This document shows, in pieces, positions 1 through 9,548 of a DNA stretch of 64,000 bases; position 1 is the stretch's first letter, and each line of letters begins with the position of its first letter. This DNA comes from Candidatus Caenarcanales bacterium. GTDB lineage: Bacteria > Cyanobacteriota > Vampirovibrionia > Caenarcaniphilales > Caenarcanaceae. Location: positions 13,814 to 77,813 of the forward strand of contig JASJDU010000001.1 in NCBI GenBank assembly GCA_030065015.1, given 5' to 3'. The notes under the pieces are model-generated. The model worked only from the letters and a program-made list of their open reading frames with translations. It did no database searches and was not told the DNA's origin. The position numbers and the translations under genes were made by a program.

Positions 1-1460
1 TCTTTTTTAAAGCGTCTTTTTCTAAAATTTTTACTCTTCTCATAAAGATATCCACTCTTTTTAAAGGTTGTATTTTTAACAAACTGAACCTTGAATTTTT
101 CGGTGGGCTCGTTCTCACTCATTAAAAAAGGCTCATTACCTTGAACCATTTCTGCTAAAGCAAGAGCAATATCGCTACTCGAAACATTATTCTCCTTCTG
201 ATACTGCTCAAGAATTCGTTGAAAAACTGCCAAGTTAGCAGAACCATTGAGATCGTCTCTACTGTTAAGAACTGATGTTATTTTTCCTTTAAATTTTTCT
301 ATACGTTTATCGTTAATTAGTTTAATTGATGGCATTTCAAGCATTTCCAACTTGTGCTTTATTGATTTTTCAATCGTTGACAAAATTCTTTTCTCTTTTG
401 GTGAAACAAACAAAATCGCTTCACCATTCCTGCCGGCTCTCCCAGTTCTTCCAATTCTATGAATATAGGTTTCAGAATCAAAAGGAGCATCATAATTTAC
501 AACATGGCTGATTCGATCTATATCTAGACCTCTTGCAGCAACATCAGTCGCAATCAAGATATCAAACTTACCCTTTTTAAAGTCACTAACCGTTTTTTCT
601 CGTTGACTTTGTTTAACATCACCACTCAATATCTCAACAAGATGTCCTTTCAACGACAATTGCTCTTTAAGCTCTAAAGTATGACTTTTAGTTCTCACGA
701 AAACAATCAAACCATCGTAAGAAATGCTCTGGAGAATAAGGTTGAGTGCATTTAACTTATTAGAGGGAGTGACAGTCAAAAGCTTTTGACGAATGCTGCT
801 GGTATGTTTTGATTCTGGCCTTATTAATACTTCTTTTGGTGATTTTAAATATTTTTGTGCAATTTGTTTAATTGACTCAGGCAATGTTGCTGAGAATAAA
901 ATGGTTTGTCTATTAGAAGGTGTTCTCTCTAGGATCCATTCAACATCACCCAGGAATCCCATTCTCAACATTTCGTCAGCTTCATCCAAGACAAGATAAT
1001 CTAAGTTATCAAGATCTAAGGTTCCTCTTCTGATGTGATCCATTAAACGACCAGGGGTACCAACAATCACCTGTCCACCAGATCTCAACTGTTTCAGCTG
1101 TTCTTTATAGTCTTGACCACCATACAAAGAAACTACTTTAAAGCCCTTGATAAATTTTGCATAACTTTTGAATGCTTCGGAAACTTGATTCGAAAGTTCT
1201 CTTGTTGGTGTTAAAACCAAAAGCTGTGTATGTCTTTTATCAAAATTGATTTTTGATAATAATGGCAGAGCAAAAGCTGCGGTCTTTCCTGTTCCAGTTT
1301 GTGCTTGACCAATTAAATCATGACCTTCCATTAACAATGGAATAGCTTGTTTTTGGATTTGAGTTGGCAGTTTATATTGCAATTCTTCGAGGGCTTTTAA
1401 AACCGGCTCAATAATTAGCAGATCTCTAAAACTTGGTTGGTCCAAAATGTTTGTAGACAA
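1..1460 (-). CDS. DEAD-box ATP-dependent RNA helicase. 5' start sits near 1460 (probable TTG); the C-terminal end runs off the window.
   Basis: Minus-strand translation gives Q-motif 'FRDLL..PTQIQ', motif I 'AQTGTGKT', 'PTRELS', 'LVLDEADEML', 'SAT', 'HRIGRTGRAG', then a K/R-rich C-terminal extension. The reading frame stays open to position 1. Confidence 0.85.
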   Translation of the reverse strand, partial: MSTNILDQPSFRDLLIIEPVLKALEELQYKLPTQIQKQAIPLLMEGHDLIGQAQTGTGKTAAFALPLLSKINFDKRHTQLLVLTPTRELSNQVSEAFKSYAKFIKGFKVVSLYGGQDYKEQLKQLRSGGQVIVGTPGRLMDHIRRGTLDLDNLDYLVLDEADEMLRMGFLGDVEWILERTPSNRQTILFSATLPESIKQIAQKYLKSPKEVLIRPESKHTSSIRQKLLTVTPSNKLNALNLILQSISYDGLIVFVRTKSHTLELKEQLSLKGHLVEILSGDVKQSQREKTVSDFKKGKFDILIATDVAARGLDIDRISHVVNYDAPFDSETYIHRIGRTGRAGRNGEAILFVSPKEKRILSTIEKSIKHKLEMLEMPSIKLINDKRIEKFKGKITSVLNSRDDLNGSANLAVFQRILEQYQKENNVSSSDIALALAEMVQGNEPFLMSENEPTEKFKVQFVKNTTFKKSGYLYEKSKNFRKRRFKK

Positions 1461-1548
1461 AATTTATACCTAAAGATTAACTTGGATTCTTAACGAATCC
1501 TGTATGACAATAATTAATGATAACTTACTCTTTGACTTTAAATATATC

Positions 1549-1944
1549 TCAGTCGAAATTTAGTATATAGGATGCCGTTACTGCTAAGCACGCAAAAATC
1601 AAACATGAAAACGTCAACCCCATACCAACTTGGCGAAACCTTAAGTCCTCAGCTACTTGGCTAACACCATAAGCGTGGAGGAACCTTCCCAAAACCAACA
1701 TAATGCACAGAATATGAATAACAAGCACTGAAATTTCTCTCAACTCAGCAAAGCTAATTAACACAAGACTAAAAGGCACATATTCAACAAAATTGGCCTG
1801 AACTCTGATTGCTCTCTGCAAATAATCATCAGATTGAAAGCCAATTGCAACTCCATTTTTGCTACGGATTTGAATTATTCTAATGCTCAAAAAAATTAGA
1901 AGTAAAGCAAGCGGTACAGAGTAAATTGGGGTGATTGTAATCAT
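1549..1944 (-). CDS. Small polytopic membrane protein, MAPEG-like (microsomal GST family).
   Basis: 131 aa with 3-4 hydrophobic helices. 'RAIRVQANFVEYVPF' resembles the MAPEG R-x-H/Q-x-N-x-x-E-x-x-P motif. Confidence 0.5.
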   Translation of the reverse strand: MITITPIYSVPLALLLIFLSIRIIQIRSKNGVAIGFQSDDYLQRAIRVQANFVEYVPFSLVLISFAELREISVLVIHILCIMLVLGRFLHAYGVSQVAEDLRFRQVGMGLTFSCLIFACLAVTASYILNFD

Positions 1945-2072
1945 GGTTTAATAGTACCTAAAATGCCTATAAAGTATAAGATGAGTAAAATACTCAAAAA
2001 TGAGTTTTCTTTTATTATTAAAGAACTCTTAAGTTTTTGAAAAATTTTCGAGTAAATTCTTTTTCATTTTTC

Positions 2073-2705
2073 TTATTTTTTCCTGATTAGTTGAATACCA
2101 TCTCTAATTGTTAAAAATACATTTTCAACTCTATCGTCTTCGGTTATCTTTTTATTCAAGGAAGCAACTGCCTTAGAAGAATTATCAGGTTGATTCAAGA
2201 CCCTCCCAGAAAGCAAAGCGTTATCTATAACTATTAGACCTCCAGGTTTTGTTCTTCTTAAAATCTGCTCATAATATTCAGGATATGCTGATTTGTCTGC
2301 GTCTATAAAAGAAAAATCTATTAAATCTTTAAGAGCTCCTATTGTTTCTAAAGCTGGAGCCATTTTCAATTCAATTTTATTTTTGTATGGACTTCTTTGA
2401 AAAAACTCTTCTGCGATTTCTTTCGCCCTCATATCAATTTCACAAGTTATGATTTTTCCGTCTTCCGGCAACCCCTCAGCCATCGATAAGGCTGAATAAC
2501 CAGTAAAAGTTCCAACTTCTAGAACTAACTTAGGTCTATGGATCTGTACTAAGAGTTTCAATAAACGCCCCACAACTCTTCCCGTTAACATATGAGGTCG
2601 TGGAATCGATTTGCTAGTTCGAAGAATTAATTCTTGAAGCAGTTCAGATTCTTCTTTTGTAGATTCATATACATAGTTCTCAAGATATTCATCAACAAGA
2701 TTCAT
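2073..2705 (-). CDS. Class I SAM-dependent O-methyltransferase (caffeoyl-CoA OMT / family 3 type).
   Basis: 'VLEVGTFTGYSALSMAEGLPEDGKIITCEID' SAM-binding motif; 'DFSFIDADK' and 'LKPGGLIVIDNAL' are typical of OMT family 3. Confidence 0.8.
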   Translation of the reverse strand: MNLVDEYLENYVYESTKEESELLQELILRTSKSIPRPHMLTGRVVGRLLKLLVQIHRPKLVLEVGTFTGYSALSMAEGLPEDGKIITCEIDMRAKEIAEEFFQRSPYKNKIELKMAPALETIGALKDLIDFSFIDADKSAYPEYYEQILRRTKPGGLIVIDNALLSGRVLNQPDNSSKAVASLNKKITEDDRVENVFLTIRDGIQLIRKK

Positions 2706-2717
2706 AAATCAAATATT

Positions 2718-2990
2718 CTATTGAAAGCATCTATTAAACGCACATTTATCAGGACAAGGGCACTCACTTTTGTCTTTTAATTTATTCCAAGCTTCTTTGA
2801 AACAATCTCTACTCATAACATAATGTAAACCAGTTTCAAAGAAATCATCCAAGTTTTGATCATAGATTTTTGATAAACATTGCAGACAATATTGTTCTTC
2901 ATCATTTCCAAAAGCAAGATTCATAGTAAAAGCTCTTTGACAAACTGGTGTAGAACATTTTGGGCAAGGGAACAAAATTGACGAATTCAT
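2718..2990 (-). CDS. Small cysteine-rich protein of unknown function.
   Basis: 90 aa with CPKC..C and C..C plus a C-terminal CPCPDKC motif. It is tightly spaced with the upstream methyltransferase gene. Confidence 0.4.
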   Translation of the reverse strand: MNSSILFPCPKCSTPVCQRAFTMNLAFGNDEEQYCLQCLSKIYDQNLDDFFETGLHYVMSRDCFKEAWNKLKDKSECPCPDKCAFNRCFQ

Positions 2991-3192
2991 AAAATCAGCT
3001 CCTAGATTACAAGATACAGAAAGAGAGCATAATTAGACTTTAGGATAAAGATCTCTCTTGACATCTTAAAAAGAACAAAAGTTCTTAAAAAAATAATTGG
3101 TCAAGTCTTAAAAGCATATCACTTAATTTACTTTGACTTTACACTTAAACTGTGATAGATTTGACAGGCAATTTTATAGAATAAAAACGAAA

Positions 3193-4062
3193 ATGGGATT
3201 AAAGCAGTACAAACCCACATCTGCAGGTACTAGAACTAAATTGGTTCCAGATTATTCTGAGCTGAAATCAGATCAGCCTGTAAGAAAACAAAAAATAAAG
3301 AAGAAAAAAGTCAAATCCCTGAAGGTTTCAATACATAAAAGTTCAGGTAGAAATAGTCAAGGCAAAATCACAAGTCGTTTCAGGGGTGGCGGACATAAGA
3401 AAATCTATAGACTTATAGATTTTCTTAGAAGTGATAAGGAAGGTATTCCCTCTAAAGTAGATTTTATAGATTATGATCCAAATAGGAATTGTTGGATAGC
3501 ACTATTAATATATAGAGATGGAGAAAAAAGGTATATTATTGCACCTGAGAACCTAAAGTCAGCGGATGAAGTAATTAGCGGACCTAAAGCACCAATCAAT
3601 GTAGGAAACGCGCTTCCCTTAATTAACATTCCATTAGGTTCTACTGTTCACAATATTGAACTTTACCCCAATAGAGGTGGACAACTTGTCAGATCCGCTG
3701 GTCAATCAGCACAACTCATTGCAAAAGAAAAAGGCTTAGCTGGACTCAGATTACCTTCTGGTGAGATGAGATGGGTTCTTGATAATTGTTACGCAACATT
3801 GGGTCGCGTCAGCAATTCAGAGTGGGCTAATCAAAGTTCCGGAAAAGCAGGACGCAAAAGATGGAAAGGAAGAAAACCACGCAACAGAGGTGTTTCAATG
3901 AATCCGGTTGATCACAAGCATGGCGGTGGAGAAGGAAGATGCCCGGTTGGTGCGCCTGGTGCATTTACGGCTTTTGGCAAACCTCATGGACTAAAAACTA
4001 GAAAAAGACGTAAAAACAGCAATAAGTTCATAATAAGTTCTCGCAAGAAAAAAGGTAAATAA
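3193..4062 (+). CDS. rplB: 50S ribosomal protein L2.
   Basis: 'MGLKQYKPTSAGTR', 'GGGHKKIYRLIDF', 'YDPNRN', 'GGQLVRSAG', 'VSMNPVDHKHGGGEG'. The ORF-track start at 3133 is probably an upstream in-frame artefact. There is a short K-rich internal insertion. Confidence 0.9.
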   Translation: MGLKQYKPTSAGTRTKLVPDYSELKSDQPVRKQKIKKKKVKSLKVSIHKSSGRNSQGKITSRFRGGGHKKIYRLIDFLRSDKEGIPSKVDFIDYDPNRNCWIALLIYRDGEKRYIIAPENLKSADEVISGPKAPINVGNALPLINIPLGSTVHNIELYPNRGGQLVRSAGQSAQLIAKEKGLAGLRLPSGEMRWVLDNCYATLGRVSNSEWANQSSGKAGRKRWKGRKPRNRGVSMNPVDHKHGGGEGRCPVGAPGAFTAFGKPHGLKTRKRRKNSNKFIISSRKKKGK

Positions 4063-4066
4063 GTAA

Positions 4067-4348
4067 ATGACTCGTTCTTTAAAAAAAGGTCCTTACATAG
4101 AAGAAAAGCTTTTAAAAAAGATTAAAAAAGCTATTGAAACAAAAGACAAAAAGTTAATTAAGACCTGGTCAAGAAGATCTGACATCATTCCAGATATGGT
4201 CGGCCTAACAATTGCCGTTCATGATGGAAGACAGTTTGTACCAGTCTTCATAACAGAATCAATGGTGGGGCATAAACTTGGTGAATTCGTTCCAACACGT
4301 AAATTCAAAGGACATAAAGCTTCAGCAACAGTGAAAGGAGCTAGGTAA
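4067..4348 (+). CDS. rpsS: 30S ribosomal protein S19.
   Basis: '[53 protein letters not shown]'. Confidence 0.9.
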   Translation: MTRSLKKGPYIEEKLLKKIKKAIETKDKKLIKTWSRRSDIIPDMVGLTIAVHDGRQFVPVFITESMVGHKLGEFVPTRKFKGHKASATVKGAR

Positions 4349-4716
4349 TGGGAAGAAAAGCTGAAACCAGTTTCAGATCCAAATCAACAGCTAATACAAT
4401 GATAAAAGGATCTATTGCAAAGTTAAAAAGACCTTTGGATGTTATTCGAGGTACTTCCCTTCAAGAAGCAATGAATTATTTGTATTTCTGTGAATATATT
4501 TCCAGCAAGAATATTGCAAAATTAATCAAGTCAGCAGCCGCTAATGCAATTAATAAGCAAGAAGATTTAAGTCTCGGAGATTTATGGATTACAAAAATAT
4601 GGGCCGTGCAAAAATTGTCTCTTCGCAGGATGAAAGCGGCTCCTCGAGGAAGAGGAAGACCAATTAGTAGAAGTTATAGTCAGGTGTATGTTGAATTGGG
4701 AGTGAAAGTAAGCTAA
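4348..4716 (+). CDS. rplV: 50S ribosomal protein L22.
   Basis: Conserved L22 core. TAATG overlap with rpsS. Position matches the S10 operon. Confidence 0.88.
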   Translation: MGRKAETSFRSKSTANTMIKGSIAKLKRPLDVIRGTSLQEAMNYLYFCEYISSKNIAKLIKSAAANAINKQEDLSLGDLWITKIWAVQKLSLRRMKAAPRGRGRPISRSYSQVYVELGVKVS

Positions 4717-4717
4717 G

Positions 4718-5422
4718 ATGGGTCAAAAAATACCAGCAAAAGCAAATCGCCTAGGAGTTTGGGTTAGAAGAGAAAAAGATGCTGAACCGAGGCTTGCGGC
4801 AGAATATTCTTCTAGCTGGTTTGAAGAATTCAATGACTTTGCAGATAGTCTAGAAAAAGACTGGAAAATTAGAGAAGCTATAGCAAAAAAATACGGTAAA
4901 AAAGCCGGCATTAGCGAAATAATCATTGCTCGAAAAGACAAAAAAGTCGAAATCAATATACGCTCAATTCGCCCCGCAACTGTTCTTGGAAAAGACAATC
5001 AGAAAGTTGATGAACTGAAAGGACATATCAAAGACTTAATACAAGAAAATGTAAAAGTTAATGTTATTGAAGCAAGCTCTACAGATCCACAAATCATTGC
5101 AGAAAAAATTGCTTATGACTTAGAAAGAAGGATCGCTTTCAGGCGCGCTGCAAAAACAGCTATTTCCAAAGCAATGGCAAGTCCAGATGTTATTGGAATT
5201 AAGATCATCATTTCGGGAAGACTAGGTGGAGCAGAAATTGCAAGAACAGAATGGTACCTGGAAGGAAAAGTTCCTCTTCATACCTGGTATGCAAATGTGA
5301 AGAATGGTTTTGCTGAAGCAGAAACTACTTACGGTATTATTGGAGTTAAAGTCATTATCAATAGACAGATTAGTTCTCCAGGGAAGCAACCGGTACCATC
5401 CAAAGGAGCTAAAACCAAGTAA
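4718..5422 (+). CDS. rpsC: 30S ribosomal protein S3.
   Basis: 'MGQKIPAKANRLGV' N-terminus, KH domain, 'GRLGGAEIARTEWY'. Confidence 0.9.
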   Translation: MGQKIPAKANRLGVWVRREKDAEPRLAAEYSSSWFEEFNDFADSLEKDWKIREAIAKKYGKKAGISEIIIARKDKKVEINIRSIRPATVLGKDNQKVDELKGHIKDLIQENVKVNVIEASSTDPQIIAEKIAYDLERRIAFRRAAKTAISKAMASPDVIGIKIIISGRLGGAEIARTEWYLEGKVPLHTWYANVKNGFAEAETTYGIIGVKVIINRQISSPGKQPVPSKGAKTK

Positions 5423-5459
5423 ATTACAAGTTTTATTAATTTTCTAAGGAGATTTCATT

Positions 5460-5873
5460 ATGTTAATGCCCAAAAGAACAAAATTCAGGAAACAAATGAG
5501 AGGTAGAAGAAAAGGCCTCGCAACAAGATGCAATAAACTAGATTTTGGAACAATAGGTTTAAAATCACTAGATCCAGAATGGATAACTTCTCAGCAGATA
5601 GAAGCAGCAAGAAGGTGTCTTTCAAGATTGGTTCGAAAAAATGGACAATTGTGGATTCGCATATTCCCAGATAAAGTTAGGACTCAAAAAGCAGCAGAAA
5701 CTCGTCAGGGTGGTGGAAAAGGGAACCCAGAAGGTTGGGTCGCAGTAGTTAAGCCTGGAACAGTTCTTTTTGAAATGGAAGGAATTGATATTAAAGATGC
5801 AGAAGAGGCCTTAAGATTGGCTGGACATAAATTACCAGTGAGAACAAAAATTATTTTTGCAGAAGGAGTTTAA
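5460..5873 (+). CDS. rplP: 50S ribosomal protein L16.
   Basis: '[19 protein letters not shown]', '[20 protein letters not shown]'. Confidence 0.9.
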   Translation: MLMPKRTKFRKQMRGRRKGLATRCNKLDFGTIGLKSLDPEWITSQQIEAARRCLSRLVRKNGQLWIRIFPDKVRTQKAAETRQGGGKGNPEGWVAVVKPGTVLFEMEGIDIKDAEEALRLAGHKLPVRTKIIFAEGV

Positions 5874-5874
5874 C

Positions 5875-6057
5875 ATGTCAAATTCAGAACTCAAAGATCT
5901 ATCCAAAGAAGATTTACTCGAGAAAGTAGATGAATTAAATAAAAAGCTTGATGATTTTTATAAACTACCAAAAGAAAAAATAGAAAAACCGAGAGAAAAA
6001 AGCAAACTTCGTCATGAACGTGCTAGAATCATCACCCTTCTGAATCAGAAAAAATAG
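5875..6057 (+). CDS. rpmC: 50S ribosomal protein L29.
   Basis: 'MSNSELKDLSKEDLLEKVDELNKKL'. SD 'GAAGGAG' lies 7 nt upstream of the ATG at 5875. The track ORF from 5857 overlaps rplP and is less likely. Confidence 0.85.
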   Translation: MSNSELKDLSKEDLLEKVDELNKKLDDFYKLPKEKIEKPREKSKLRHERARIITLLNQKK

Positions 6058-6091
6058 TTAATACTTTAGATCTTATAATCATTAAACAATT

Positions 6092-6385
6092 ATGTTTGCA
6101 GAATCGGAAAAAGAGGAAGCTAAAAAGTCAGCGAAAAAGACCTTTACCGGAATAGTTGTTAGTACTAAAAACACTAAAACTGCATTGGTACAAATAGAAA
6201 GTCAACGTTCAGATAAAAGATACAAAAAAAGAATTAAGACTCGTAACAAGTTAATGGCTCACGATGAACAAGAAGAATGTTCAGAAGGTGACTTTGTTCT
6301 CATTGAAGAGAGTAAACCAATAAGCAAAAGGAAAGCATTTGTTTTGAAAAGAATCATTAGAAAAGCGGAGGTCCTAAAAAAATGA
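6092..6385 (+). CDS. rpsQ: 30S ribosomal protein S17.
   Basis: '[20 protein letters not shown]', '[25 protein letters not shown]'. Confidence 0.85.
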   Translation: MFAESEKEEAKKSAKKTFTGIVVSTKNTKTALVQIESQRSDKRYKKRIKTRNKLMAHDEQEECSEGDFVLIEESKPISKRKAFVLKRIIRKAEVLKK

Positions 6386-6759
6386 TTCAACAAGAAACAT
6401 GGCTTGAAGTTGCAGATAATAGTGGTGCCAAGAAAATTGAGTGTATAAGAGTACTCAAAGAAGGGAGCAGCTCTGGGAATGTAACAGGAACTGTAGGAGA
6501 TACAATTGTTGCATCCGTCAAAGATTCTGAGCCAAGGGCTTCTGTAAAAAAAGGAAGTGTAGTAAAAGCTGTAATCGTACGTTGTAGAAAAAAGAAAAGA
6601 CGTAAGAACGGTACTGTTATAAGTTTTGATGAAAATGCAGCTGTTCTCATTAATGACAAAGGAGAACCTATAGGAACTCGTATTTTTGGTCCAGTTGATA
6701 GAGCTCTAAGAGAAAAGGGCTTCGCCAAAATATTATCTCTAGCCCCAGAAGTAATATAG
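6382..6759 (+). CDS. rplN: 50S ribosomal protein L14.
   Basis: '[18 protein letters not shown]', 'IGTRIFGPV', 'ILSLAPEVI'. Confidence 0.9.
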   Translation: MIQQETWLEVADNSGAKKIECIRVLKEGSSSGNVTGTVGDTIVASVKDSEPRASVKKGSVVKAVIVRCRKKKRRKNGTVISFDENAAVLINDKGEPIGTRIFGPVDRALREKGFAKILSLAPEVI

Positions 6760-6803
6760 TCTTTTTGAGGTAATATAAATACTGTTTTAATACTAATAAA
6801 AAA

Positions 6804-7238
6804 ATGAGTACTTTCAAGAGTTCAAAAAAAAAGAAAAAGATAACTTATACAAAATCTCCAATTAAGCCTCAAGAGAAAAAAGATAGAATTGTACTCAATG
6901 AAGCATGGCTCAAAGGAAGAAGAAATGCACGTAGAAGCTGGGATATAAAACTTGGTGATAAAGTAATTGTTATATCAGGAAAAGATAAAGGGAAAATCGG
7001 AAAAGTAACGAAAGTTCTTCCTAGAGAAGCAAAGGTAATCGTAGAAGGTGTAAATGTTTGCACTAAGCATACAAAACTTCCAACACAAAGAGAAGGTGAA
7101 ATCAAACAAATCGAGTTGCCACTTTGGATTTGGAAAATTGCAATTGCTGTTGAAAAAGACGGAAAAACAGTTCCAACTAGAATAAAAAAAGACAATGGAA
7201 AAAGAATTGCAATAAAAACTGGAGAATCAATCGATTAA
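6804..7238 (+). CDS. rplX: 50S ribosomal protein L24 with a ~40-aa lysine-rich N-terminal extension.
   Basis: KOW motif 'GDKVIVISGKDKGKIGKV' is preceded by 'MSTFKSSKKKKKITYTKSPIKPQEKK...' with no internal ATG. Confidence 0.8.
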   Translation: MSTFKSSKKKKKITYTKSPIKPQEKKDRIVLNEAWLKGRRNARRSWDIKLGDKVIVISGKDKGKIGKVTKVLPREAKVIVEGVNVCTKHTKLPTQREGEIKQIELPLWIWKIAIAVEKDGKTVPTRIKKDNGKRIAIKTGESID

Positions 7239-7248
7239 GGAGAAAATA

Positions 7249-7785
7249 ATGAATAATAGAAAATATAAACAGTTCCAAGAAGAGGTTATGCCCTCATTAA
7301 AGAACAAGTTTGAATATACAAATGATCTTCAGGTACCAAGACTCAAGAAAATAGTTATTAGCAGAGGAATCAACTCAGAGGAAGCAAGATCAACAAACGT
7401 TCTGGATGAACTAGTTCAAGATATAGCTCTAATTAGTGGCCAAAAGCCAATTATAAGGAAAGCTAAGAAATCCATTGCATCTTTCAAGATCAGAGATGGA
7501 ATGCCTAATGGCATAATGGTCACTCTCCGGAAAGAAAGGATGTACTCATTCTTTGATAGATTTGTCTCAATTGCCTCTCCAAGAATACGTGATTTTCAAG
7601 GATTTAAAATCAAGAGTGACAAAAAAGGAAATATTACTATTGGAGTAAAAGATCAAAGGATTTTTGTAGAAGCCGAAAATAGATCAAATAAGGGCTTTCA
7701 ATTCACTATTGTTACTTCAGCCCAAACAGAAGCGGAAGGTAAGGCACTCATAGAAGAACTTGGTTTCCCAGTAAGCAAAAATTAA
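7249..7785 (+). CDS. rplE: 50S ribosomal protein L5.
   Basis: 'VPRLKKIVISRGIN', 'ISGQKPIIRKAKKSIASFKIRDGMP', 'GFQGF'. Confidence 0.9.
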   Translation: MNNRKYKQFQEEVMPSLKNKFEYTNDLQVPRLKKIVISRGINSEEARSTNVLDELVQDIALISGQKPIIRKAKKSIASFKIRDGMPNGIMVTLRKERMYSFFDRFVSIASPRIRDFQGFKIKSDKKGNITIGVKDQRIFVEAENRSNKGFQFTIVTSAQTEAEGKALIEELGFPVSKN

Positions 7786-7870
7786 ATTTTCTTTACATTA
7801 ATTATCAGGTTAAGCGATAATGTAGCTTCCAAATATTACTTAATTAGAATAGAAGCAACAGTTAAAGTAA

Positions 7871-8365
7871 ATGGAAAATTTTGAAATCAAATTGTCTACA
7901 GAAAAGCAATTTGATGAGATATGGCATATTTTTCACGATGTAGTTCAAGAAGCTGACACATATCCTTATCCACCTGATATAAAAAAAGAAGAGGCAAAAA
8001 AATTATGGTATACAGCAGACTCACAGGTGTACATTGCCTACATTAAGGGAACCCCGGTTGCAACTCGCTACATTAGGCCTAATAAAGTCGGTTTAGGAAG
8101 TCATATTGCAAATACTGGGGTAATGATCGATAAAAACTATAGAGGTCACGGACTTGGTCGCAAAATGATGGAATTTGCAATTGATGAAGCCAAGAATCTA
8201 GGATACAAAGCAATTCAATTAAACTTGGTAGTTAGTACTAATATTGCCTCCATCACAATTTGTAAAACTACAGGGTTCGAGATAATTGGCAAGATTCCAA
8301 ATGCCTTCCACTATAAACAAAAGAAATATGTGGATGCCTATGTTATGTATAAAGAGCTTAATTAA
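7871..8365 (+). CDS. GNAT-family N-acetyltransferase.
   Basis: Acetyl-CoA-binding motif A 'YRGHGLGRKMMEFAIDEAKNLGY'. 164 aa. Confidence 0.7.
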   Translation: MENFEIKLSTEKQFDEIWHIFHDVVQEADTYPYPPDIKKEEAKKLWYTADSQVYIAYIKGTPVATRYIRPNKVGLGSHIANTGVMIDKNYRGHGLGRKMMEFAIDEAKNLGYKAIQLNLVVSTNIASITICKTTGFEIIGKIPNAFHYKQKKYVDAYVMYKELN

Positions 8366-8408
8366 TAATCATATTTCATAGAGTGGTCAAAGAAACATTT
8401 GAGTACTC

Positions 8409-9428
8409 TTAATTTAAACTCGAATATCTATTGCCTCTTTTGAAAGTTTCAATGTCATTAAAACGTACACCATATTTTTTCATTGCAGCATGAGCAACAG
8501 GAGCAACCATTTGCCTCAGATAGAAAGGCTGATTCACAACAAAATGATGAATAACATGAGTACTTCCAAAGTTAAAGCAAAATAATTGAAAAGGAATTAA
8601 AAACCAAGGTTGTAGTATTTGCACCTGTCTTAACAAGTCACCCTTTTTAATATCTCCATAATAGTGGCAGGTAGATGATACTAAGGACAGACTAGCTTGC
8701 CTCAACATATTTGGTCCCACATAAATAACCATCAAGATGCTCACCAATTCAACATACCAAGTTGGGAAAGGGGGTATTACAGAATGTATAACACTTATTA
8801 TCTTCCAACCTTGTTGTGCTATAAAGCTAAACCAGATCATATTGAAAATAATAAAAATCGGAAAGGTTGCTTTTAAAATTGCGCTTAACTTAAAACTAGG
8901 AATTTGCTCTTTGAGTTCTTTAAAGTTTATCCATCCTAAAGCAGTGTCAAACATAGTAATGAATCTTTTAAGGCCATAGAACATTCCATTGCCTATTAAT
9001 CTTTCTTCAATATCTGTAACCTGTCCAGATTCACGATGATGTATCAAGTGAATCATCCTTCTATACCAAGGACTAATTAAGTTTCCCCGAAAGACCCAAA
9101 TGACAAACATGAAGAGATTTTGCACAATTGGCTTTGTTCTAAAATAGATATGATGAATTAGATCGTGCTCCATTTCATGAAGGAAAGAAGTGCAAAAAGC
9201 ATTTAGAATGAAGCACAACCAAGCCGGAATAATTCCTTGGATATAGAGTAAAGAATTGATAATAAAAGCTGCGCAAGAATAAACTAGAATAAAAGCACCA
9301 ATTAGATTTTGCTCATTAAGAATTGGGAATTTACTTCTTAATCTCTTTTCTGCATGTCTAATTAAGGCAGTAATTCGACTTATTTTCTCTTTATCTGATA
9401 GTTCATAAACAAAAGAAGCTGATTGCAT
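8409..9428 (-). CDS. Integral membrane di-iron enzyme of the fatty-acid hydroxylase/desaturase superfamily.
   Basis: Three histidine boxes 'HEMEHDLIHH', 'HLIHHRE', 'HVIHHF' within a polytopic hydrophobic protein. Confidence 0.6.
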   Translation of the reverse strand: MQSASFVYELSDKEKISRITALIRHAEKRLRSKFPILNEQNLIGAFILVYSCAAFIINSLLYIQGIIPAWLCFILNAFCTSFLHEMEHDLIHHIYFRTKPIVQNLFMFVIWVFRGNLISPWYRRMIHLIHHRESGQVTDIEERLIGNGMFYGLKRFITMFDTALGWINFKELKEQIPSFKLSAILKATFPIFIIFNMIWFSFIAQQGWKIISVIHSVIPPFPTWYVELVSILMVIYVGPNMLRQASLSLVSSTCHYYGDIKKGDLLRQVQILQPWFLIPFQLFCFNFGSTHVIHHFVVNQPFYLRQMVAPVAHAAMKKYGVRFNDIETFKRGNRYSSLN

Positions 9429-9548
9429 TATAAATGTCTTATTAGTTTGAATAGAATTCAGTATATTTGTTTTACCAATTTTTCGAAATTTTTAATGTTT
9501 TAAATACAAAACTTTAGTTAATTTCAACATGATTTCTCTCAAAATATT

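Noticed and set aside
2718-2990. Cys-rich 90-aa ORF compared with the DUF1289 / YdhL-like Fe-S protein family.
   Set aside because: It shares only a generic 'YCLQC' similarity and lacks the C.GC.RT..E..W signature. Kept as an uncharacterised Cys-rich protein.
3133-3192. The ORF track extends rplB 20 codons upstream (MTLHLNCDRFDRQFYRIKTK).
   Set aside because: The extension has no L2 homology. The conserved L2 N-terminus 'MGLKQYKPTS' begins at the internal ATG at 3193. The upstream in-frame codons are taken to be 5' UTR.
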